NCBI GenBank assembly: GCA_964016885.1
Contig: OZ024740.1
Span: forward strand, 194,184,001 to 194,248,000
DNA length: 64,000 nucleotides
Direction of reading: 5' to 3'
From: Eledone cirrhosa
Lineage: Eukaryota
Shown here one piece after another: positions 53,767 to 64,000 of the stretch (its first letter is position 1; the number at the start of each line of letters is the position of its first letter). The notes under the pieces are model-generated. The model saw only the letters and a program-made list of their open reading frames with translations, made no database searches and was not told where the DNA came from. The translations under genes were made by a program, and so were the position numbers.

Positions 53767-54057
53767 TACAATATTAAATAAATGGAAACTATATTTATAA
53801 AACCATATTTATTTCACTATATATATTTCGGGGATATCATATTAACAATATGCTATGCCTTCCTCAGACAAAATACAATATAAACAGTTTTATAGATAAA
53901 TAGATTCGACATACCGTTATAACACCGACTTCCATTTGAAGAGGTTTAGGCTGGCAGCCTAAACCTCTTCAAATATTGTTAATATGATATCCCCGAAATA
54001 TATATAGTGAAATAAATATGGTTTTATAAATATAGTTTCCATTTATTTAATATTGTA
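53767..54057. repeat. 85-bp inverted arms with an internal 41-bp hairpin (53934-53974)
   Basis: 53767-53851 is the reverse complement of 53973-54057. Confidence 0.9.
53810..53875 (-). ncRNA. Minimal hammerhead
   Basis: tattttgt-CTGAGGA-aggcatagcatattgttaatatgatatcccc-GAAA-TATATA-TA-gtgaaata; stem I has three G-U pairs. Confidence 0.6.
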
Positions 54058-54084
54058 TATATATATATATATATATTTAAATAC

Positions 54085-54270
54085 ATGTTTCTACTTTAGG
54101 CACAAGGCCAGCAATTACTCAGTGCATTACTGGTACTTTATTTTATCGACCCCGTAAGGATGAAAGGCAAAGTCAACCTCGGCGGGATTTGAACTCAGAT
54201 CGTAAAGGGACGTAACTATGCTGGAAAGCATGGCGTCCGACCCTCTACTGATACTGCCAATCCACCGCCC
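54085..54270 (-). mobile_element. Full-length SINE family A
   Basis: Minus strand starts gggcggtggattggcagtatcagtagag, with B-box gagttcaaatcc. Confidence 0.9.
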
Positions 54271-54311
54271 TATATATATATAAATACAGATAGATAATTA
54301 TGTATATACGA

Positions 54312-54441
<130 letters not shown>

Positions 54442-55182
54442 AGATGGAGTTGTGTATAATTACTATATGACTTTCTCCATCCAATTCATAGATGAGGTAC
54501 CTTTTCTGATGATAACAAATACTATATATTGGATCTTACTTTGCTGCTCATTTTCTCAATATCAATCCTTTCTATTGATGTGATTACTTGTTAATAACAA
54601 CATTTTAACGTGTTAACCTTTATTTTGGTGACTACACCCAGCTGATAATATTACATTTGAAGTATAATAGATTATCTATAAACTTAGGACTGAAAGATGT
54701 CGTAGAACATTTTATTATAAATATATTAAATATATACTTTGAAGATGTATTTTTGCATTCTTAAATTTATATTTGATCCATGTACTAGTTTTATAGACTT
54801 TTGTAAAGCATATGTTATATGTAAATGTATTATATTATATGCCTTGCAGTTTGCTTAACTTCCTTACAGTAGCATTTTTCTCTGTACCAGCATGTTTTTA
54901 AGTGTCTTAATGTTTCTAGCTGCTCTTATTCACATTTATATGATCATGTTTTTTATATGTTTCCTTGCTTTTTCTCAATGTTAATATGCATTATTTATGC
55001 TTTCTTCCCATATTCTGTATCCCCGGAATGTTCTTTGGCAAGTTTACCTGTGTTTTCACCTTTGATTTATACTGCGATGATCCCGCACTTGAGCTTGGAT
55101 TAAACCATTGTTAGTAATTAAATGTTCTTGAACACTCTTTGATTGTTATTTATAAAGTATTTCGGCTCTGTATTATATTATA

Positions 55183-55358
55183 TTGGCAGTATCGGTAGAG
55201 GGTTGGACGCCATGCTTTCTAGTATAGTTACGTCCCATTACGGTCTGAGTTCAAATCCCGTCGAGGTTAACTTTGCCTTTCATCCTTACAGGGTCGGTAA
55301 AATAAAGTACCAGTGATGTACTGGATAATTGTGGCCTTGTGCCAAATGTAGAAACAAT
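55183..55358 (+). mobile_element. SINE family A
   Basis: Same consensus as the other copies. Confidence 0.85.
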
Positions 55359-55437
55359 TATATTATATTTGTAATTTTACATTGAACTATTCTCATATTT
55401 GTAATTGGATAATATTTAATATTACCCACATATTTTA

Positions 55438-55494
<57 letters not shown>

Positions 55495-55500
<6 letters not shown>

Positions 55501-56392
55501 ACTTTGGGAGGGTCATGTTGCCAATAAGAAACACACGCACCAGTTGCTTTCACTTCAATTTATTATAATAGATTTATAAATTTAGGAATTTATAAATTTC
55601 CGGTTGGTTGGTTCCACAACCAGATGTTTGTTTATATATTGTCAAAGTTCTTTCATCACACATTCTGTGACCTCTTCAGTGACTGGGCATTCTTTTCTTT
55701 GTTTTTTTGTTTTTTTTTGTACCTCTCCTTTGTTCTGTCCTACGCCATTTTGTTTCTGTGTATGTGTTGTGTGCTCAGTCTGCGCATGCGCCACATCCGG
55801 GTGTCTGTGTGTGTTTATATTCGTTTATTTATTTGTTTATTTACATGTTACAGGTTGGTTGGTTGTTCTATGTGCTTGTGTGTTTTCATTTTGTCCTTAA
55901 TTGTAAGTTGTGATGTTGCTGTTCCACTCATATTTTCTATTTAATTTTGGTTGTAATTCTTTTATGTTTATTGCCTCTGTGATTTGTCTAAACATTGCGT
56001 CTTTTCTGTGTGTAGATTCTATTTGTATTTCTATGTTCTCTAATTTACCCTTATGTTCTATTTTAACATGTTGGTAGAGTACAGATGATTCTTTACTATC
56101 TTGAAGGTCTCGCCAGTGTTCATTTATCCGTTCCCCTACACTACGAGCTGTCTCACCTATGTACACTATTTATTTTGTCTCTACATTGTCCTTCAGGACA
56201 TCTTATGCAATATACTACATTTCTAGTTTTACAGTTAATATGGGGGCTTAATTTACAGGTTATACATTTCTTATCTATACAGGGGGGTCTTTGAAAAGGG
56301 TATGTCTTGCTAATAAGTGTTTTTACGGAGGTACCTGGTCTTTCTACTATCTTAATATTGAGTTTATGTTTATCTAGGGCAACACTTGCCAA
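55495..56392 (-). mobile_element. Penelope-like element 3' part (linker plus GIY-YIG endonuclease plus 3' region)
   Basis: CKTRNVVYCIRCP...YIGETARSVGERINEH...FRQITEAINIKELQPKLN. Confidence 0.9.
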
Positions 56393-56631
56393 AATTTACT
56401 GCTGATTCATGGTAGTAGTAGGCTCTTGTCATAATACCACCCCGCTCCTAACTGATTAACCTCAGTGTCACGTGATTGATTCTTTAGAATCTGCCACTGA
56501 CCAGAGGCAGTGAATTTTTTCAGTGCTCCGGAATTTAGTCCTCGCTAGCTTTATTCCATCCACTGAATTATTATTATTTTTATATGGGTTCCTAGTGTCC
56601 GCGCATCGCCTGGGAACTTAGCTGAGAATAG

Positions 56632-56708
56632 ACTCCCTGATGACATAAGGAATTCTCTATAGTTATATTATGTAACTATATTTATCCCCTTACAGAAACT
56701 AATTAGTT
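56632..56708 (+). ncRNA. Hammerhead lacking the 3' strand of stem I
   Basis: CTGATGA(56637-56643), long stem II (taagg/cctta, tatagtta/taactata), GAAAC-TAATTA-GTT; pairing stops at the cleavage triplet. Confidence 0.5.
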
Positions 56709-56872
56709 TTTAAAATTTTCTCATTTTACGTCTTTCATATAATTGTTCTGCATCCCCCTGCATATAACCACAAAGGTACTAAGACATAACATATAGATTT
56801 GCTAGCATAGGTGAACATCTGTATACATATGTTGGTAAATGTACTAATTCTCTCTCTCTACATATATATATA

Positions 56873-57425
56873 TATGAAGTAAAAATTAGAAAAAGAAGCC
56901 AGGACTATCCATCATCAGTGATCTACTAGCCATCATAGGTATTTCTTCGCGTTAAAGATCAGATACCTCAGACTTCTCTCTCCTTCTCCCTCTTACTTTC
57001 ATTCTCCTCCTCTGTTAGTCACTCTCTCTCGGCTAGCCTCTTCCTCACACTTTCACTCACTCACTCTCTGCTACTCACCCTCTCTCTCACTTCCTCCATC
57101 GTTCGACACCGTGCGCAATTCTTTTCTCGCTCACTTTTCGCATGGTGCGGATGTGTCTTTCGTCTCCTCGTCAATGTTTGCAAGGTCTTATGTTCAAATG
57201 AATCACTGACTTGATTTTCTCATTTTTTCTCTCTTTACGTTGCCTCACCATTCTTGTTTGTTCACCTGTCTCTCCTTCTCCAGCCAATTCTTTTTAGCCC
57301 AATAACTTATTTTAGTTATTATTCGCGCTAGCCTGAGGTATCTGATCTTTAATGCGAAGAAATACCTATGATGGCTAGTAGATCACTTTATTATAGTAGA
57401 TCTCTTTATTATTTTTACTTCATAT
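56873..57425. repeat. TA-flanked insert with ~95-bp imperfect terminal inverted repeats
   Basis: 'gtgatctactagccatcataggtatttcttcgc.ttaaagatcagatacctcag' has its reverse complement at ~57332-57387; outer ends are 'tatgaagtaaaaat' / 'atttttacttcata'. Confidence 0.8.
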
Positions 57426-57468
57426 GTATCACATTCGCAACAACACAGCAACCCATTTTTCATTCCTA

Positions 57469-57521
<53 letters not shown>

Positions 57522-57539
57522 ATAGATTAACGGAGCCAT

Positions 57540-57601
<62 letters not shown>

Positions 57602-57640
57602 AGAGTATTGAAGTTTGCTTGAAGCATTGAGGGATAATAA

Positions 57641-57968
57641 GATTTATTTTCTTTTGGTCGTTTTGGAAGTCTCAACAATGCCGATGGGTAAGTCTCCGGG
57701 TAACAGGATCCGGTGGTGAAGAGTGAGATGTAAGGGAATATAGAATGAGATGTATAGTGTTTAGAGGAACGTAGGAAATAGCGTAAAAATAATAACACGA
57801 CATAGAGTTACCTTGGGAGAGATTTAATTGTCCCTATATTTCGGATTCGCATCCATCAACTGGGGGGGTTTCCGGAGAGAGGGGGGAAGTTATCTGTCGG
57901 AGAGGAACGTACCCGGAGACTTACCCATCTGCCTTGTTGAGGCTTGCAAAACGACCAAAAGAAAATAA

Positions 57969-57971
<3 letters not shown>
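57641..57971. repeat. ~62-bp inverted arms in a TA-flanked insert
   Basis: 57641-57702 pairs with 57910-57971. Confidence 0.85.
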
Positions 57972-58018
<47 letters not shown>

Positions 58019-58158
58019 GGTTTGAGGTTCACCACTGTATAGAGCTGGTCTATTCCGTATGGTCAATCGTAATGCAATAATAGAGAGAGTACTCAACGTA
58101 AAGCAGTTCAACCGTCTTTGTTTTTGTAGTTGGTGGTGCTATTACGGAGTTAAATATT

Positions 58159-58432
<274 letters not shown>

Positions 58433-58452
58433 ATATATATATATACATATAC

Positions 58453-58558
<106 letters not shown>

Positions 58559-58573
58559 GTATATATATATATG

Positions 58574-58632
<59 letters not shown>

Positions 58633-58635
<3 letters not shown>

Positions 58636-58852
58636 AAGGCGTGTAGCTGAGTGGTTAGAGAATTGGATTCACAATGTTGAGGTTGTGAGTTCGATTCCTG
58701 GACCGGGCGATGCGTTATGTCCTTGGGCAAGACACTTTATTTCACGTTGCTCCTTCTACCTGGAGTTGCGACCGATAGATAGTACTAGCAACTGGAAAGA
58801 CCAACGGCAACATTGTTTCCTCGGTCCGATTTGACGAAAGTCGATCGATCCT
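58633..58852 (+). mobile_element. Full-length SINE family B within (TA)n
   Basis: A-box 'tagctgagtgg', B-box 'gagttcgattcc'; similar to the 17980 copy. Confidence 0.9.
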
Positions 58853-58853
58853 T

Positions 58854-58898
<45 letters not shown>

Positions 58899-59547
58899 AT
58901 CACTCCAACAGTTACCGGAACTAGTAATCTAAGACGTAAAACAATAGAATAAGCTGGAGGGAGTAATGAAAGTAAAGCTGAGTATCATACGACTGCATTT
59001 AACGTAGTAAATTGTTGTAATTACTACATTATTTATTGAATATATTATTCAAACACATACACTAACGTCAAGAAACAACCACCAGTAATTCACATGTCTA
59101 GTTTAGAGAGTTAACACACACTTTGACACATAAACCTTACGATTCAAACGTAAGTTTGTATTATTAGTAAATCTTCAAATACTTTTCACTTAGATCAAAA
59201 GTTTGTGTTGCCCCCCCCCCCCTCGTCTTGATAATCTGTACTCTCTACTCTAGTGCTTATAATTTATGTTTCTTAATGCATCCTACTTAACGTGGAATTC
59301 CTTTGGACTTCCTTATCTCATATTTGCTCCTTAAATTTGATTATCTTGAAGCTTCAACCTGAATATCAACAATATATAGTATTCCATCTGTTAGCTCATT
59401 ATCTTACATTTTCCATACAACATACAATAAACTAATCTCTAGGTTTCGAAGTAAGTATTAACATTATTGAATGTAATTATCTGCCCCCCCCCCCTCCCCT
59501 CAGTCTACGAATGACAAAATATTTGGTATGATGCACATTTAAATAAT

Positions 59548-59682
59548 AATTGTTTCTACGTTAGGCACAAAGCCAGCAATTATCCAGTGCATTACTGGTA
59601 CTTTATTTTATCGACGCCGTAAGGATGAAAGGCAAAATTAACCTTGGCAGGATTTGAACTCAGAATGGCAAGGGCCGTAACA
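59548..59682 (-). mobile_element. SINE family A, 5'-truncated
   Basis: Consensus match; flanked by the direct repeat 'gcacatttaaataataat'. Confidence 0.85.
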
Positions 59683-60177
59683 AGGCCGCACATTTAAATA
59701 ATAATAAATCTGTTTCAATACACTAGTTCACACGAAGTATTTTGCAATACAAATGCAAAATCAAAATAGTAAGAAATATATGAAACTATTTTGATTTCCT
59801 CTGGAAGTAAGAATTAGTAATAAGTATTCTTTATGTTCTTTTTGAATAATGTGGAAAAAAAAGATACCATATACAGAAATGGGGTTAGCTTTGAAAGGAA
59901 GTCAACGTCGGTGACACTTTATTTAGACTGTTGCATATAATTTATTGTAGTTAAATAGGTATGAATGCATCGACAATAACAAGGATATTCTTTGATTTGC
60001 CATACTTTTAAAAAGAGGAAATGAATTGATTTGAACCGTTTTACGTATAATGTTTTCAATAACGGAAAGTAAAGTTGACTTCAACCTGTTTTAGAATCGG
60101 AAGTGTGAGATACAGAAGAAAATAGAAAATCCTTCTACTTTTAAACAATAGCGATTATCACAGATATGTAGACATAT

Positions 60178-60245
60178 ATTTTGCCTTTTACGTTATTATG
60201 TTAAAGCTACTGTAGCTTTAACATAATAACGTAAAAGGCAAAATG
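60178..60245. repeat. ~68-bp near-perfect palindrome
   Basis: attttgccttttacgttattatgttaaagctac-t-gtagctttaacataataacgtaaaaggcaaaat. Confidence 0.9.
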
Positions 60246-61856
60246 TAGTCAAGCTCACACTACATGCAAATGCACATCTCCAGCTTGCGTTTAATACGCA
60301 AAAAGAATATAAACTATAGGTTATTCGATTGTCATTACAGAGTGTGTAAATATTTACTGATGGTGAATATTTACTGAAAGGCTAGGGCCTGTCGTATTCA
60401 TACGACTACTGATGTAGATTGCTCAGTTTAAAACTCTCACTGTGAGATATATATGATTATGATGCATAATCATATAGAATATGCATTCACACGTACCTCT
60501 ATTGTGAATCACGCTATGTTAGTGATATTCTTAATTAATCGCAGACACGAAGCAAGCACTATATTCAAATGAACTTCTCCAGCAAATGTTTTATACGCAA
60601 GACGTATGAAAGAATGAGATCATACAAAGTTCAGGACCGTGAGATTATACATTACTGATGATGGACACAAAATCCCGACGGACACACAGAGATTGAGTTA
60701 GCTGCAACATGATAACAGATTAAAAGACTCGTGGTAGGGGCTTATATGTGTTTCGTATACATAAACATCCCAAATAACACTTCATGTATACCTTTATCAT
60801 GAATCACAATTTTTTAATGCTACCTCTAATATATATATATATATACAAATTATACAATTTGAATATGGAAGGGTTTTATACTTACTTCTGGAGGGTTTGC
60901 GTATTGATCTGACATTTTTACTTTTTGATACGGAAATCAATATGTTGTAATTCATCTTCTGCAATTCAGTGATTACATGTGGCCTTATATAATTCGGCAA
61001 ATATTTTAGTCACGCATTCTTGTATCACATGTAATATCTGGCTTTTATAAACACGGGTCTTCAAAGCTTTCCAATTACAATGTTCCGCAATAATGTTGTT
61101 TTTTTTAATTCCTTGTTGGTTTTCTATTTTGTTGGTGCCTTAGTTTGTTTTTAATCTGTGGAATTCTATATTTATTTTTCTATTTGTTTCTTAAAATGTC
61201 TGGATTTGTTCATTTTTATCTATAATATGCCAATCATATTGTGACATTTGTCGCTTGAAAGAATGTTTCTTTTTGTAATGAAAAAATGAGATTATCAGAA
61301 TTCTGAATTACCTGAGAGATTCTGTTATTGTTCATTTAACTATAGCCATCTGGTGCTTATCTTTTATATTTCCGTTCTTTCATTATTATTTCTAACGTAA
61401 CAATTGTGATGTCATTGGCAGTTTTATTCGACACGCTTGTTTTAACGTAAACTAAGCACGCTTCTCGAATGTTGATAATGATAGTGAAATTAGTGGCACA
61501 CATGATAGTCTCTACAACAGCAGCCAAAATAGTAATAGCCAAAATAATGGTTTCTGATTTAGGCATAAAAGGCATAGCTACTGTATGGGGAATTTGCACT
61601 CAGAACTTAAAGGGCCATAACTATAAGCTTGAATAATATAATGGGTTCTCATTTAGGCACAAGGCTAACAATTGTCGGGGAAGGGAAAGTTGATTAAATC
61701 GCCTCAGTACGTTACTGGTACTTTTTTATCGACGCCATAAAGATAAAAGGTACAGCTAAACTAGACGGGATTTGAGCTCAGAAAGTGAAGAGACGTAACT
61801 GTATGCCGCAAAGTGTGTTGTCAGACGCTCTACCGATAAGTAATAGTCAAAATAAT

Positions 61857-62041
61857 TGTTTCTACTTTAGGCACAAGGCCAGCAATTACCAGTGCATTAC
61901 TGGTACTTTATTTTATCGACCCCGTAAGGATGAAAGGCAAAGTACACCTCGGCGGGATTTGAACTCAGATGGTAAAGGGACGTAACTATGCTGGAAAGCA
62001 TGGCGTCCGACCCTCTACCGATACTGCCAATCCACCGCCCC
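61857..62041 (-). mobile_element. Young full-length SINE family A inserted into an older copy (~61645-61837)
   Basis: 19-bp TSD AAGTAATAGTCAAAATAAT at 61838-61856 and 62042-62060. Confidence 0.9.
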
Positions 62042-64000
62042 AAGTAATAGTCAAAATAATAATAGATAAGAAATGTGGGCTGTTTCTGGATAATCCCAAG
62101 TTAACATTGTTCGAGTAGTATGTCTCAGATGCGACCATTCATCATTTTTCAATATTTTGATCAGCAATACACGATGCATTTTTTTAAGACATTAGGATGT
62201 GATGTATATGTAATTTTGCTGATATTTTTACCAGTTTCAGCAACCAAGCAAATGTTTTATTATTGATTAATTCAAAATATTGAGTTGGAAGATATATTAG
62301 ATACAACCGAATATTATTTAAATCATCTCCACCCAATTTTACCCACAAGGTATGGGTCGATTCAAAGCTATTCTAAATTATACTTACCCAAGATACAACG
62401 AAATAAGATCGAACATTGTATCTAATGAGTGCGAAGCAAACGTTTTAACCATTAAACTATGCTGCACTACACATGAAATATGTAGTGTGGATCTCCTCAT
62501 TCAACTATATTTCATAATGTGTGTTGAAATGACAGGGGCTCCTCATTAAATGAAATTGAATAAAACTTATTTTAATGTTGTCTCAGTTCGTCATTGAAAG
62601 GTTTTCTCTTCTTAAAACATACACTTTTATAGCAATCAATTATCATTTCTTACCCCAACAAACTCTATTAAGTATATCTACGTGTTTTGTGTGTGTCTGT
62701 GTGCATTGTTTACAATATTTATATTCTACACTCGAAAAGCTGATCTAATTTCAACATAACATGAATAATTTCATTATTTAATAACATCCATTATATATAC
62801 TGGCCTTTATGCATTCAGTCAAGGGATTCATTCAGCAATAATGAGACAAAACTATAACTATACAATGATATATATATATATACAAACACACACACATACA
62901 TAAATATACATGTATGTACATGTATATATATATATATATGTGTGTGTGTGCGTGTGTATATATATATATATATTCCGGTTTTTGCAGGTTTATCTAAATT
63001 ATGCATCTTGCGTACCGATGATTAATTTTAAACTATCATAATTTGATATATTGGCCTGATATTCTAGAAACAATGGTTAGAAAACAAATCGTTTGCGGAG
63101 GAAGTAGGGAAATATTGATGATCATATTAAATGTAATTGATTTAAATTGGAGAAATAGTTTGAATCATATCTCTTTAAATACGTTTCAATACACGACAAT
63201 CAGAATGAGAATGAAATACTTTCTATTCCATATTCAATATTGCATTACCATAAACAATACATATCTAAAATAGGATTGTTTTATAATCGTGCACATATCC
63301 TACCATATCGGTTATTACACATGGTTGAAGTACATCAAGTGTTTTCTGATCACCAGGCAATGAAATAATGTTTTGTATCAATGGGCCCCAATACCTATTA
63401 AATCACTATTGTATCTCTGAACTTTTTATCAATACAAATGAGAATAGTAATTAAAGTAACACTTTCTCTAATTCAAGCAATACGCACAGGGTGAGTTAGA
63501 TTTGGTACAGCAAGTTGACAAAATGAGTATACAATTTATAGGGCTCACAATTTTCAATGTTAATATATACGATCTTGCGATATTTACGAATGGTAATATT
63601 AACGATGATTTAATAATATTAATTAGAGACCCAATAATAAGAAATAGCATTTCCAGTGTCCGTATAATCTATTAATCAATAGAATGCATTTATAATATTA
63701 GACTTTACTTTGATAAACTGCTTTCTTGCGTACACACTTTTCGTATAAATCGTTAGACACTGAAAATACCAACACGATTGAATTAGTATCATTATGATTT
63801 ATGGTTGTTTCCCATTTAACGAAATATAATTGAATATAACTCGATAAATAATATCAATTATTTAACTTTTCTTCATCCGCCATACGCATCGAACTACACA
63901 TTTTTCGTATGGAAAGATGGCAAAAGTACAGTGAAGGCCTTGAATGTCCAAGTATTTGTGGATACAGCAATGGTGATACATTCAATAGTATGGTGGTCTA

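Noticed and set aside
58633-58710. tRNA gene candidates at SINE heads (also 17980, 54200, 61960)
   Set aside because: A/B boxes are present but run straight into SINE bodies, with no clean cloverleaf.
60650-60700. CTGATGA-tgga...tccc possible hammerhead
   Set aside because: Second core and cleavage stem are absent.

Overview
AT-rich eukaryotic intergenic or intronic DNA. The SINE families and dense (TA)n/(CA)n/(GATA)n microsatellites suggest an octopod cephalopod (inference). No intact host gene is visible, and most ORFs in the track are microsatellite artefacts. The window is dominated by retroelements: a near full-length decayed Tx1/L1-clade LINE plus a truncated tandem copy, both bounded by (GATA)n; RTE, R4/Dong-, HERO- and CRE-like fragments; several Penelope-like (PLE) RT/GIY-YIG fragments; two tRNA-derived SINE families; and a 12.3-kb non-autonomous hAT element (14-bp TIRs, perfect 8-bp TSD) filled with nested insertions. 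The most notable structure is a non-coding ~420-bp tandem repeat (6057-8070, second locus 28110-29250) whose complete units each carry a minimal type-I hammerhead ribozyme (HHR) with a palindromic stem III, i.e. a retrozyme/pLTR-like system. Many unrelated HHR-bearing or fold-back inserts sit in (TA)n tracts, and some fold-backs are centred on what looks like HHR stem II. All RNA folds were read by eye, not computed.
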